Position numbers and translations under genes: made by a program. Under the pieces are notes generated by a model, which did no database searches, was not told the origin of the DNA, and was given only the letters and a program-made list of their open reading frames with translations. Shown in pieces: positions 10,057-19,620 of a stretch of DNA of 45,654 nucleotides (position 1 is the first letter of the stretch; each line of letters starts with the position of its first letter). Source of the stretch: Bacteroidota bacterium (GTDB lineage Bacteria > Bacteroidota > Bacteroidia > NS11-12g > UBA955); contig SXYY01000127.1 of the NCBI GenBank assembly GCA_005788145.1, positions 1 to 45,654 of the forward strand. The letters are read 5' to 3'.

Positions 10057-10764
10057 ATGCAGGAAAACCCAAACCCCAATGCCCGTCCCAAAGGCGAGAT
10101 TCTCTTGATCAACAAACCTTACGGATGGTCGTCATTTCAGGCGGTTAAAAAGGTGAGATACATTACCCGGGCTAAAAAGGTTGGACATGCGGGCACATTG
10201 GATCCATTGGCTAGCGGATTGCTGATCATATGCACCGAACAGCAAACCAAAGGGATTCAGGTCATTCAGGATGCGGAAAAGGAGTACGAAGGAACAATCA
10301 CATTGGGGGCAACCACACCCAGTTACGACATGGAAACGGAGCCCAACGCCCACTTCCCCACCGAACACATTACCCAAGATCTCATATACGCCACCACAAA
10401 ACAATTTTTGGGTGAAATTTCCCAAATCCCACCTTTGTTTTCAGCCATCAAAGTCGATGGAAAACGAGCCTACACATTGGCGAGACAGGGCGATGCCACG
10501 ATACTCAAATCGCGTAACATCACCCTTTATGAATTTGAAATTACCCGCATCGAAATGCCAGAAGTTGACTTCAGGGTGCGATGCAGCAAGGGCACATACA
10601 TCCGTTCTTTGGCCTATGATTTTGGAAAAGCCTTGAACTCGGGCGGTTATCTGTCGCGGTTGGTTCGCACCAAAATTGGCGAACACCACCTCGAGAATGC
10701 AGTACTGCCCAACGATTTTGAATTGTTATGGAAAGCAAAAAATCCAAAGCCCGACGGCGTTTAA
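10057..10764 (+). CDS. truB: tRNA pseudouridine(55) synthase
   Basis: The ORF opens at 10006 inside the upstream gene, so I prefer ATG 10057 (MQENPNP...). Catalytic-Asp motif 'VGHAGTLDPLASGLL', plus 'KVDGKRAY' and 'CSKGTYIRSL'. Confidence 0.92.
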   Translation: MQENPNPNARPKGEILLINKPYGWSSFQAVKKVRYITRAKKVGHAGTLDPLASGLLIICTEQQTKGIQVIQDAEKEYEGTITLGATTPSYDMETEPNAHFPTEHITQDLIYATTKQFLGEISQIPPLFSAIKVDGKRAYTLARQGDATILKSRNITLYEFEITRIEMPEVDFRVRCSKGTYIRSLAYDFGKALNSGGYLSRLVRTKIGEHHLENAVLPNDFELLWKAKNPKPDGV

Positions 10765-10810
10765 CCAAGACCTAAAAAATTTGGGCCGATTTTTGCTACC
10801 TTTGGAAAAC

Positions 10811-12028
10811 ATGCGCACGATGAAAAGCACTCTACGCTCAATGGGACTTTTGGTCCTCTCTTTGGTATTGGTTCAATGTTCCGATTTGAACGCTGAAAAG
10901 GTTAAAAAAGATGTAAATACTTGGTTCACAGACCTAATCACACCCCGTTCCTCTTCACTTGAATTGGCAAACGAAGGGTTTACAGTCAAAGGCAACCTGA
11001 AAAACAAACCCAACCACAAATTGGCTTTGTATGAAATGACACCGGAGAATCTCATTTTCATCGACAGTGTATTAACCGATAAAAAAGGCGATTTTACACT
11101 CAAGGGCAGCACCAAGGAACTTATTTTCTGCGCCTTGGCCGTCAGCGAAAAACAGATGATTTATTTGGCGCTTGACAACAGCACCGAAATAAACGTCATG
11201 GCTGATGCTACCGTGAGCAGTTTGAGTTATTCATTGTCGGGCAAAAACATTGAAGAAAGTGTTGCTTTGAAAGATCTGCTCAAATTGAATGAGGGCTATA
11301 TCAACAAGATCAAATCATTGGAAACGGAAGCAAGCAGTTTGAATCCGAACACCGATGCTGGATTCCAAAGAATGTCTCAGTTGCAAAACGACTACTATGC
11401 AACCATGACTGCGCGAAATGCGGACATTCTAAAATTCGCCCAATCAAAAACCGCCAGCTTTATTCCTTTCTTTATTCTGCAGTTCAATGTGGTTCAAGAG
11501 CCCACCATTGAATTATTGACGGTGGCAAAAGACGCGGCAACCAAAGCCAACCCCAACAGCAAATACACAGAGGCCATCATACAGCGATTCAACGAGGAGG
11601 CACGCTTGATGATTGGGGGTATGGCACCTGAAATCAACTTGGCACAGCCCGAGGGTGGCAACCTGGCATTGAGTTCGTTCAGGGGCAAATATGTACTGAT
11701 CGATTTCTGGGCTAGTTGGTGCGGTCCCTGCAGAAAAGAAAATCCCAATAACGTGATTATGTACAACAAGTACAAAGACAAAGGATTTGAGATTTACGCG
11801 GTTTCATTGGACCAAGATCCCCTGCGCTGGAAAAAGGCGATTGAAACAGATGGCTTGACATGGAAACATGTGAGCGATTTGAAAGGCTGGAGCAGTTCGG
11901 CTGGACAGACCTATAACATCAAAAGCATACCTGCAACCGTTTTGTTGGATCCTGCTGGCAAAATTATCGCCAAGGGTTTGCGTGGCGAAGAACTCGATGC
12001 AAAGCTTGCCGAAATCTTTAAACAATAA
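10811..12028 (+). CDS. TlpA-family thiol:disulfide oxidoreductase (thioredoxin fold, AhpC/TSA-like)
   Basis: The ORF opens at 10676 overlapping truB. ATG 10811 gives the signal sequence 'MRTMKSTLRSMGLLVLSLVLVQC'. The C-terminal thioredoxin domain has 'FWASWCGPCRKE'. Confidence 0.85.
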   Translation: MRTMKSTLRSMGLLVLSLVLVQCSDLNAEKVKKDVNTWFTDLITPRSSSLELANEGFTVKGNLKNKPNHKLALYEMTPENLIFIDSVLTDKKGDFTLKGSTKELIFCALAVSEKQMIYLALDNSTEINVMADATVSSLSYSLSGKNIEESVALKDLLKLNEGYINKIKSLETEASSLNPNTDAGFQRMSQLQNDYYATMTARNADILKFAQSKTASFIPFFILQFNVVQEPTIELLTVAKDAATKANPNSKYTEAIIQRFNEEARLMIGGMAPEINLAQPEGGNLALSSFRGKYVLIDFWASWCGPCRKENPNNVIMYNKYKDKGFEIYAVSLDQDPLRWKKAIETDGLTWKHVSDLKGWSSSAGQTYNIKSIPATVLLDPAGKIIAKGLRGEELDAKLAEIFKQ

Positions 12029-12124
12029 AACGCTATCGCCCAACCTTATATTAGGGTTTAGTTAATAGAAACTTAATACAAAGCGAGGTGATAATTAACA
12101 TCAAATCAATTCCTTTGTAACACA

Positions 12125-12811
12125 ATGATTAAAGGAATGCCTAAAGTTTTAGTAGTTGATGATGAGCAAGATATTCTCGAACTCATTCGGCATTCGTTGG
12201 CAAAAGAGGGGTTCGAAGTTCACGTTGCAGCCAACGGCGCACAAGCCCTCGAACAAGCCCGAAAAGTGAAGCCCGAAATCATCATTATGGATGTCATGAT
12301 GCCTGTGATGGATGGTATGGAAGCCTGCCGACAGCTCAAAGACAACCCAGAAACCAAAAACATCCCTGTCATCTTCCTCACCGCACGTTCAGAGGAATTT
12401 GCTGAATTGGCTGGATTTGAAGCCGGCGCTGATGATTACATTGCGAAACCCGTTAGAAACCGCGTTTTGTTGAGTCGGGTGAAAGCCATTTTGCGCCGCG
12501 GCAATGCCATACAAACACCAGAACCAGAGAAATACGATTTCGGCACCATCAAAATCGACCGGGAACGTTTCGTGGTCGAATACAACGAAAAGGCATTGCA
12601 ATTACCCCGGAAAGAATTTGAATTGTTGGCCTTCTTGGCTTCTCGCCCAAGCAGAGTATTCAGTCGTGACGAAATCCTCGAGAATGTATGGGGCAACGAG
12701 GTATTGGTTGTGGATCGCACGATCGATGTACACGTTCGCAAGATTCGCGAAAAACTCGACGACAAATTCATTTACACCGTCAAAGGTGTTGGCTACAAAT
12801 TCGAGCCTTAA
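12125..12811 (+). CDS. OmpR/PhoB-type response regulator (receiver + winged helix)
   Basis: 228 aa. Receiver acidic pocket 'VLVVDDE', phospho-acceptor 'IIIMDVMMPVMDG' and 'DDYIAKP'. C-terminal wHTH 'VDVHVRKIREKL...TVKGVGYKF'. No histidine kinase is adjacent. Confidence 0.9.
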   Translation: MIKGMPKVLVVDDEQDILELIRHSLAKEGFEVHVAANGAQALEQARKVKPEIIIMDVMMPVMDGMEACRQLKDNPETKNIPVIFLTARSEEFAELAGFEAGADDYIAKPVRNRVLLSRVKAILRRGNAIQTPEPEKYDFGTIKIDRERFVVEYNEKALQLPRKEFELLAFLASRPSRVFSRDEILENVWGNEVLVVDRTIDVHVRKIREKLDDKFIYTVKGVGYKFEP

Positions 12812-14085
12812 CCAAAAATCGAAAGCACTGTTGCTGCTTTATCCAGACATTCCTGGTATTCTTCTGTTGCGTTGCTATCAATGGTGATGGCCCCACCCAC
12901 CGCATAAGAGAGTCTTTTTTGGGATGCATCGTACAACAAGGACCGGATAACCACGTTCATATCCATTGTCCCTTGCATCACATAGCCCACACTGCCCGAA
13001 TACAATCCACGGCAAAAGTTCTCCAATTGTTCGGTGTGTTGCATCACAGCAATTTTCGGCGCACCCGTCATACTGCCCATTGGAAACGTGGCGTGCACCA
13101 CTTCCTTCAATCCAACCCCCAATTCTGGCTTACCCGAAACCGTGGAAATCATCTGATGGACATGAGAATAGGTGTACACTTCACACAATTCGGGCACCTT
13201 CACTGAACCCGGCTCACAAACCCTCGACAAATCATTGCGCACCAAATCAACGATCATGATGTTTTCTGCGCGATCTTTTTCCGAATGCTTCAATGACACT
13301 GCCTCCTGAGTATCCAATTGCGCCTGCGCTAACGCCCCAGTTTTCTGTCGCTTCCGGGTGCCCTTAATGGGTTGCGAAATCAAGTGGCTGTTGCGGAGCG
13401 ACATATATCTTTCCGGACTGGCACACAGCAAATATTGATCAACGTCCTTGACGAAACACGCAAAGGGCGCGGGTGATTTTTTGTTCAAGGCAGCAAAAGT
13501 TTGATACGGATCAATTGCGGCTTGGGCAGAAAAAGCAATGCAATGATTCATCTCGTAAAAATCACCTTCTCGGATGTGGTTTTGAATTTGGGCGATGTGC
13601 TCCAAGTAGGCTTCTCGCTGGGTATGGGCATGCCACTGAAGATGCGGCAACGCTACCCCTTCCGCAAGCTCTGTAGTGGTTGATCCAGGTCCATGGCCTT
13701 TGTCCTGATTGTGCAGCATGGTTTCCCAAAACGACAAACCACGACCATTCCCATGCAACACACCATCTCGATCGAGTCCTATCCATGTTTGGGGCTGCAC
13801 AAACTTGATCAGTGAAAACTTCGATAGCGCATCGTGTCGACTTTGCAACATGGGTTCAATGGCGTTTTTATAGTCGTAGGATATGTAGCCAAACCACGGG
13901 GTATCCGACATCCAATCCACCTCGGAAAGTTCATGGGTTGACGCAGCGATACCATAGCCCACCAAATACTGCCAACGTCCGTGAGGATCACTAAAGTCGT
14001 TACTCAAACAGATACATGAAAATGCCTCATTTCGGGCTTTTTCAAGCAAACATCTTAGTATGTATGTACTTGTATCCTTTTGCAT
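12808..14085 (-). CDS. pabB: Aminodeoxychorismate synthase component I
   Basis: 425-aa chorismate-binding enzyme. It has 'PIKGT', with the Lys characteristic of PabB where TrpE has Ala. Other motifs are 'SEKDRAENIMIVDLVRND', 'PMGSMTGAPK' and 'RGLYSGSVGY'. Confidence 0.85.
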   Translation of the reverse strand: MQKDTSTYILRCLLEKARNEAFSCICLSNDFSDPHGRWQYLVGYGIAASTHELSEVDWMSDTPWFGYISYDYKNAIEPMLQSRHDALSKFSLIKFVQPQTWIGLDRDGVLHGNGRGLSFWETMLHNQDKGHGPGSTTTELAEGVALPHLQWHAHTQREAYLEHIAQIQNHIREGDFYEMNHCIAFSAQAAIDPYQTFAALNKKSPAPFACFVKDVDQYLLCASPERYMSLRNSHLISQPIKGTRKRQKTGALAQAQLDTQEAVSLKHSEKDRAENIMIVDLVRNDLSRVCEPGSVKVPELCEVYTYSHVHQMISTVSGKPELGVGLKEVVHATFPMGSMTGAPKIAVMQHTEQLENFCRGLYSGSVGYVMQGTMDMNVVIRSLLYDASQKRLSYAVGGAITIDSNATEEYQECLDKAATVLSIFG

Positions 14086-14097
14086 ATCAACAACCTA

Positions 14098-15927
14098 TCA
14101 CAAAACCACTGTTTCATCACTGTCTGAGACGATTCCTTGATAAAAATCCACAATCACCTTGGCTTTCGCACGACCAACCACCCCCGCGAGGGTGTCGACA
14201 CTGGCTTCTTTGACCCGAGTAACACTCTTAAAATGCTTGAGCAAGGCACGTGCGGTTTCCTCCCCTACGCCGGGTACTTCTGTGAGGGCCGTTCTTAGTG
14301 TTCCTTTATCGCGACGGCTCCTATGGTGCGTAATCCCAAAACGGTGGGCTTCATCGCGCATGTGCTGAATCACCTTCAGGGTTTCCGATTTCTTATCGAT
14401 GTACATCGGCAAGGGATCTCCGGGGTAATAAATTTCTTCCAATCGCTTGGCGATACCCACCACAGCCAATTTCCCGTACACGCCAATGGCTTTGAGTGCT
14501 TCCACGGCGGCGCTCAGCTGTCCTTTACCACCATCAACCACAATCAATTGCGGCAGCGGCTTCTGCTCCTCCAATAATCGGGTATACCTTCTGGTGAGGG
14601 CTTCTTTCATGGTGGCGAAATCATCGGGGCCTTCCACAGTGCGCACATTAAAATGTCGGTACTCGTTTTTGGCCGGTTTGCCATTTTTAAACACCACGCA
14701 TGCACTCACCGGATAAGTTCCTTGAAAATTGGAGTTATCAAAACACTCGATGTGTTTGGGCATTTCGCTCAAACGAAGATCTTTCTTCATTTGCTCCATC
14801 AACCGGTCGACCCGAAGCTCGGGATTGAGTTTTTCGTACTGCGATAGTTTCTCTTGTTTGTAAAGGAGGGTATTCTTCATACTCAACTCAAGCAACCGTC
14901 TTTTATCGCCCAGTTTGGGTACCGTGATTCCCACGCCATCGAGTTCCAAATCCAGGGGCTGACTCAGGACAATTTCTTTGCAATTATCACCGTACTGGGC
15001 GCGCATCTCAGCCACAGCGGCTTCTAGGAGTTCGGCGTCTGACTCATCCAATTTCTTGCGAATTTCTACGTTCCTACTCACCACAATCAACCCTTGGCTT
15101 ACGCGTAAAAAGTTCACGAAGGCAACCTTTTCGGTGCTGCTGATGCTGAATACTTCAAGGTCGCCAAGGGTGGTGCTAACCACGGTGCTTTTCGATTGGT
15201 ATCGCTCTAGGGAATCCAATTTCTCTTTGTAGTCTTGGGCCTCTTCAAAAAGCAAATCATTGGCCGCGCGCAACATCATGCCTTTGAGGTGCTGCTTTAC
15301 TTCGCCCAGGTGTCCGCGCAGCAAATATTTGATGTGGGCGATGTCTTCGTTGTAAGCGGATTCGGATTGATAGCCTTCACAGGGTCCTTTGCAATTGCCC
15401 AGTTGGTATTCCATGCAAATTTTGTGTTTGCCGGCGGCTACGCTCGCCGGCGACATTACCAAATTGCAATTGCGGGTGGGGTATAATTTCTTCACCAAAT
15501 CAAGCACTGTGTGCATGACTTTGACGTTGGCGTATGGACCGAAATACTCGGAGCCGTCGCGCACCGGATTCCGGGTAGGAAATACCTTGGGAAAGCGCTC
15601 GGCCGTAACCCGAATATACGGATAGGTTTTATCGTCTTTGAGGGAGATGTTGTACCGCGGCTGAAACTCCTTGATCAAACTGTTTTCCAGGAGCAAAGCA
15701 TCCATCTCGGTATCCACCACCGTGAATTCGATTCGCTGAATTTTGCTAACGAGGATGGCCGTTTTACGGTTTTCGTGGTGCTGTTTTGAAAAGTAACTGC
15801 TGACCCGTTTTTTTAAGTCTTTGGCTTTACCCACATAAATAATGACATCTTCGGCATCAAAGTATTTGTATACTCCAGGTTTGTGCGGAAGCGTCTTCAA
15901 TACATCGGTAAGATGTGTGGGCTGCAT
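14098..15927 (-). CDS. uvrC: Excinuclease ABC subunit C
   Basis: 609 aa. GIY-YIG N-terminus 'PGVYKYFD...IIYVGKAKDLKKRV', a UVR domain, an RNase H-like endonuclease domain, and a C-terminal HhH region 'LTEVPGVGEETARALLKHF'. Confidence 0.95.
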   Translation of the reverse strand: MQPTHLTDVLKTLPHKPGVYKYFDAEDVIIYVGKAKDLKKRVSSYFSKQHHENRKTAILVSKIQRIEFTVVDTEMDALLLENSLIKEFQPRYNISLKDDKTYPYIRVTAERFPKVFPTRNPVRDGSEYFGPYANVKVMHTVLDLVKKLYPTRNCNLVMSPASVAAGKHKICMEYQLGNCKGPCEGYQSESAYNEDIAHIKYLLRGHLGEVKQHLKGMMLRAANDLLFEEAQDYKEKLDSLERYQSKSTVVSTTLGDLEVFSISSTEKVAFVNFLRVSQGLIVVSRNVEIRKKLDESDAELLEAAVAEMRAQYGDNCKEIVLSQPLDLELDGVGITVPKLGDKRRLLELSMKNTLLYKQEKLSQYEKLNPELRVDRLMEQMKKDLRLSEMPKHIECFDNSNFQGTYPVSACVVFKNGKPAKNEYRHFNVRTVEGPDDFATMKEALTRRYTRLLEEQKPLPQLIVVDGGKGQLSAAVEALKAIGVYGKLAVVGIAKRLEEIYYPGDPLPMYIDKKSETLKVIQHMRDEAHRFGITHHRSRRDKGTLRTALTEVPGVGEETARALLKHFKSVTRVKEASVDTLAGVVGRAKAKVIVDFYQGIVSDSDETVVL

Positions 15928-15954
15928 ACAACAAAATTAAGGGGGAATGGCCAA

Positions 15955-16803
15955 TCAAAGGTGACCAATTTCCACATGTTGGGCATGAATGGTTTCGCCA
16001 AAAAAGAGCGATGCTTGAATCTCAAAGGTTTGGGCGTCATCGGTGGTGACAAATTTCCGGGAACCGGCGCGCCGAAGGCGCGCCTCCATCTCGGGATGAC
16101 GACCCAAATAATCCACCAAACGCTCCGCTACCAATCCCCCCTGTGAAATCAATTTCACCCCCTTGGGCAAAAACTTCTCAATCGTCTCCCTCAACAAAGG
16201 ATAATGCGTACATGCCAATAACAATGTATCAATCCTTCCGTTGCGCGAAAAAATCCGATCCAAATGCTGCTTTACAAAATAATCAGCCCCCTCTCCCGTG
16301 CGCTGGTTGTGCTCAACCAAATAGACCCACATCGGACAGGCCTCCTGCTCCACCACCACCTCCGGGAAAAACTTTGCAATCTCTATCGGGTAAGACCCCG
16401 ACCTCACCGTTCCCTCCGTACCCATCACCCCAACAACACCCGTTTCCGTGATGCTGCCAATTTGCTCGGTGGTAGGACGAATCACCCCCAATAACCGCTT
16501 GTGGTCGCCACGCTTGGGCAAATCAACCTGCTGAATTTGTCGCAATGCCTTCGCCGATGCCGTATTGCATGCCAAAATCACCAAATCACAACCCGAATCG
16601 AACAACCAGTTCACACACTCCAACGTATATTGATACACCGTTTCAAAAGAGCGATTGCCGTATGGCGCCCGCGCATTGTCGCCCAAATACAAATAATCGT
16701 ATTGAGGCAATACTTCCACAATACTCCGCATCACGGTTAATCCACCATAACCCGAATCAAAAATTCCGATTTTGCCTGCTGCTGAGCTGTTCCCTGTTGT
16801 CAA
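15955..16803 (-). CDS. murI: Glutamate racemase
   Basis: Motifs 'KIGIFDSGYGGLTV', 'ILACNTASA' and 'LLACTHYPL'. The tracked ORF runs to 16944, but that extension overlaps skp and its terminator hairpin. The probable start is TTG 16803 (MTTGNSSAAGKIGIF...). Exact start uncertain. Confidence 0.85.
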   Translation of the reverse strand: MTTGNSSAAGKIGIFDSGYGGLTVMRSIVEVLPQYDYLYLGDNARAPYGNRSFETVYQYTLECVNWLFDSGCDLVILACNTASAKALRQIQQVDLPKRGDHKRLLGVIRPTTEQIGSITETGVVGVMGTEGTVRSGSYPIEIAKFFPEVVVEQEACPMWVYLVEHNQRTGEGADYFVKQHLDRIFSRNGRIDTLLLACTHYPLLRETIEKFLPKGVKLISQGGLVAERLVDYLGRHPEMEARLRRAGSRKFVTTDDAQTFEIQASLFFGETIHAQHVEIGHL

Positions 16804-16824
16804 TGCTTTGTTCCGAATTGCGGG

Positions 16825-16859
16825 TAAAAGAAAAGGACTGCTGTGTTCACAGCAGTCCT
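16825..16859 (-). terminator. Rho-independent terminator downstream of the skp/ompH pair
   Basis: In minus-strand sense the sequence is AGGACTGCTGTG-AA-CACAGCAGTCCT (perfect 12-nt arms, 16834-16859) followed by TTTTCTTTT. It starts 21 nt after the skp stop. Confidence 0.75.
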
Positions 16860-16880
16860 CAAATATAAGGTCTTCGCCAA

Positions 16881-17393
16881 TTATTTCTTCAACATGGCTG
16901 CAATGACAGCACCGGTGATGTCGTCGGCCGCATTCGCACTCCAAACAACTGAACCCGTTGAATTGTCGATCACGTGGGCATAACCCTTGGCTTTGGCTAC
17001 TTCGCCCGTTGCCTTTTTCACAGCGTCCAAAATGGGCTGATACAATTTTGCTTGCTCTGTTTGAATCTCAGACTTATAAGCCTCTTGGGTTTCTTGAGCC
17101 TCTTGTTGCAAACGCTGAAAGCTCTTTTGAATCAACTCCAACTGAGCAGGAGATGCCTTCATGGCCAATTTGGCCTGATAGTCCTTCTCCTTGTTCTGCA
17201 TTTCCATTTCCAGATCCTGCAAGCGCATGGCATAGCCCTGCTCTATTCTGGCCAACTGTGCCAATGCAGAATCCTTTTCAGGAAGTGTATCTACCACCTT
17301 GGCAGTGTTGATGGTAGCAATTTTTTGTGCCTGAGCCACAGAGCCCAAAGCAACAAGCATGGTCATGGCGATAAAAAGAATGGTTTTTTTCAT
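16881..17393 (-). CDS. OmpH/Skp-family periplasmic chaperone
   Basis: The ORF opens at 17480. ATG 17393 gives the signal peptide 'MKKTILFIAMTMLVALGSVAQA'. The body is coiled-coil-like and Gln/Glu/Lys-rich, typical of Skp. A second skp paralogue lies immediately upstream. Confidence 0.75.
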   Translation of the reverse strand: MKKTILFIAMTMLVALGSVAQAQKIATINTAKVVDTLPEKDSALAQLARIEQGYAMRLQDLEMEMQNKEKDYQAKLAMKASPAQLELIQKSFQRLQQEAQETQEAYKSEIQTEQAKLYQPILDAVKKATGEVAKAKGYAHVIDNSTGSVVWSANAADDITGAVIAAMLKK

Positions 17394-17418
17394 GTATCCT
17401 GTAATTATTGTTTTTTGA

Positions 17419-18057
17419 TTAGTTCCCATCAGGTGTTTCGGCATTTCCTCCGTTTGTTCCACCATCAGGTTTGGGCACATTGCCCCTGTTCTGGGTATTG
17501 GGCTTGGCTGGGGTTGGTGTAGCGCCAGGCATGTCCTCCGTTGGGATACCCAAAGCTTCCATCACCTCCAAGGTTTTGTCGTATTTCTGGTCGGCGTACA
17601 ACATCAAAGCACCGCCACTTTTGTCGAAAATGTAAGCGTATCCCTCTTTCTTTGCCACGTTTTGAACGGCGTCGTACACCTTGTCTTGTAGCGGCTTGAT
17701 CAAACGAGCACGCTCTTGGTATAATTCACCGGTGGGACCGAATTTCGATTCCCTGTATTGAATGAGGTCGGCTTCTTTCGAAGCGATGGCCTCCTTTTTC
17801 TGACGGCGTTGATCGGCGGTCAACAAGATTTCTTCGCTTTGAAAATCACGGATCATCTGATCCAGTGCTGTTTGCATCTGCTGTGCCTCACCTTGAAATT
17901 TCGCGCCCAAATCATCCAAATCTTTTTGGGCTGCTCTGTATTCTGGCATCTTGGCCAAAATCACATCCGAATCCACGAATCCAATATCCTTCGACTTCTG
18001 AGCACCCAAGGCGCCCACCATCATCGCACAGCACAATATTAAAAATCGTTTCATCAT
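17419..18057 (-). CDS. OmpH/Skp-family periplasmic chaperone (second paralogue) with a low-complexity Pro/Gly/Asn tail
   Basis: Start at MMKRFLILCCAMMVGALGAQ (ORF opens at 18081). 'IGFVDSDVILAKMPEYRAAQKDLD' is Skp-like. The C-terminal tail is 'PGATPTPAKPNTQNRGNVPKPDGGTNGGNAETPDGN'. Confidence 0.7.
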   Translation of the reverse strand: MMKRFLILCCAMMVGALGAQKSKDIGFVDSDVILAKMPEYRAAQKDLDDLGAKFQGEAQQMQTALDQMIRDFQSEEILLTADQRRQKKEAIASKEADLIQYRESKFGPTGELYQERARLIKPLQDKVYDAVQNVAKKEGYAYIFDKSGGALMLYADQKYDKTLEVMEALGIPTEDMPGATPTPAKPNTQNRGNVPKPDGGTNGGNAETPDGN

Positions 18058-18124
18058 TTGTAGGGATTTGTCAAACTGCATGCCAAAAACCTTTGAACCA
18101 CGAAAATATCAAATTAAATTGGAT

Positions 18125-18661
18125 TTATGGGTGTTGCAAAAAAATTGGGGGTGTTATGATTTTATTGCTCCGATGAAGGGCTCTATCGATCAGTTGAACC
18201 TCATACCGAACAGAATCCCCACGGTATTGATACGGCCGCGCAGGAATCACCACTGTGAGGTTGCCATGAATGCTTTTATTCCTACCCGCGGGCGTCATGT
18301 TCTTCAGTCTTTGGTGCAGGACAAGGGTATCTTTCGCACCCAACAACGGATTCAACGGATACTGCCAAAGGCCATTTTTCTTGTCCTGATAGTACACCAA
18401 CAAATTGAAATGTGCCGGATCGTTTTTGCCAAACGGAAACAAAGTATCCGAATCCTCAAGTCCGATATCGCCATCTGCATCTGAAAATACCACCTCAACC
18501 TCCACAAAACTGTCGTATCCAAAACCGCTGTTAAACGGGTAAATCCCTTTTAACGCCAACGTGGGCGGAGAAGGAATTGTATCTTTGCCCCCGTTACAGG
18601 ATAGTATCAACCCCAAAACGCCCAACATGAATAGGCCCGATATCAGTGATTTGTTCCGCAT
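18125..18661 (-). CDS. Hypothetical lipoprotein
   Basis: The internal start 'MRNKSLISGLFMLGVLGLILSC' is a lipoprotein signal with a lipobox Cys (ORF opens at 18697). I recognise no family motif. Confidence 0.45.
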   Translation of the reverse strand: MRNKSLISGLFMLGVLGLILSCNGGKDTIPSPPTLALKGIYPFNSGFGYDSFVEVEVVFSDADGDIGLEDSDTLFPFGKNDPAHFNLLVYYQDKKNGLWQYPLNPLLGAKDTLVLHQRLKNMTPAGRNKSIHGNLTVVIPARPYQYRGDSVRYEVQLIDRALHRSNKIITPPIFLQHP

Positions 18662-19610
18662 CTCCAATGCCAAATTTACGGAATGGGCCACTACCATCCA
18701 CGACTATCAACGAAAAAACAATCCCGTTTTTAATCAATGGTGTGGGCAGTTCCCTACAGAGGGTTTCAATTTCTTGCCGATTTCCTTTTTCAAGAGCCAT
18801 CGCATCGTCACCCAAAACCCAGAGACTATCAATCCATCAGCCAGCGTATCGCCAACCATATTCACGAGTTCAGGCACCAGCCAGCAAACACCCTCCCAAC
18901 ACATTGTATCCAACATCGCCCTTTACGAACAGAGTTTTGTATCGGGCTTTGAGCTTCAATATGGCCGAATGGACCGGTATTGTGTGATTGGACTCTTACC
19001 GAGTTATTTGGAGCGGACCGGTTCGTCGCTCATCTACATGGTCGATCACATGATACAGCACGGGAAACCTGGCAGCGGTTTCTATCTCAACCAATACGAA
19101 GAAGTGGCGCAAATCATCGCACAAAACGAAAAAAACGGAACCCCCACCCTGTTATTTGGTGTCACATTTGCCCTGTTGGCCATGGCTGAATTCCTGCCTG
19201 TGCAGCAGTGGCAAAATACCATCATCATGGAGACAGGGGGAATGAAAGGAAGGGGACCGGAAATTACGCGGGATGAATTGCACAATCGCTTGATGGCCAA
19301 ATTCCAGGGCGCAAGCATCCATTCAGAATATGGAATGACGGAATTGCTCAGTCAGGCCTATGCAGCGAACGGACATCGATTCAACTGTCCGCCTTGGATG
19401 CAAGTTCATATTCAAGATCCGGGCGATCCAAAGCATTGGTTGCCCAACGGAAAAACCGGACGCTTGTGCGTGGTTGACCTCGCCAACATCGACAGCTGCA
19501 GTTTTATTGCAACGGATGACCTGGCCAAACGGTTCGATGATGGCAGTTTTGAGGTAATGGGCCGATTGGATTTCACAGACCTGAGGGGCTGTAACCAATT
19601 GGTGATTTGA
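18627..19610 (+). CDS. LuxE/PaaK-like adenylate-forming acyl ligase ('acyl-protein synthetase' family)
   Basis: Preferred start 'MNRPDISDLFRI...' (ORF opens at 18561, antisense to the lipoprotein gene). AMP-binding signature 'FTSSGTSQQ', plus 'METGGMKGRG' and 'SEYGMTEL', resembling the LuxE (PF04443) family. Confidence 0.6.
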   Translation: MNRPDISDLFRISNAKFTEWATTIHDYQRKNNPVFNQWCGQFPTEGFNFLPISFFKSHRIVTQNPETINPSASVSPTIFTSSGTSQQTPSQHIVSNIALYEQSFVSGFELQYGRMDRYCVIGLLPSYLERTGSSLIYMVDHMIQHGKPGSGFYLNQYEEVAQIIAQNEKNGTPTLLFGVTFALLAMAEFLPVQQWQNTIIMETGGMKGRGPEITRDELHNRLMAKFQGASIHSEYGMTELLSQAYAANGHRFNCPPWMQVHIQDPGDPKHWLPNGKTGRLCVVDLANIDSCSFIATDDLAKRFDDGSFEVMGRLDFTDLRGCNQLVI

Positions 19611-19620
19611 AATTAGTCGA

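Noticed and set aside
10006-10810. Upstream extensions of the truB ORF (10006-10056) and the TlpA-like ORF (10676-10810) that overlap the preceding genes.
   Set aside because: Internal ATGs at 10057 and 10811 give N-termini that match family expectations, namely the TruB N-terminus and a signal peptide. The extensions overlap upstream coding sequence.
16804-16944. Cys/His-rich N-terminal extension of the murI ORF (MECECGRRHHRCCHCSH...), which looks like a zinc-binding motif.
   Set aside because: It overlaps the skp coding end and contains the skp terminator hairpin. The residues are a by-product of reading that hairpin in frame and are unlikely to be translated.
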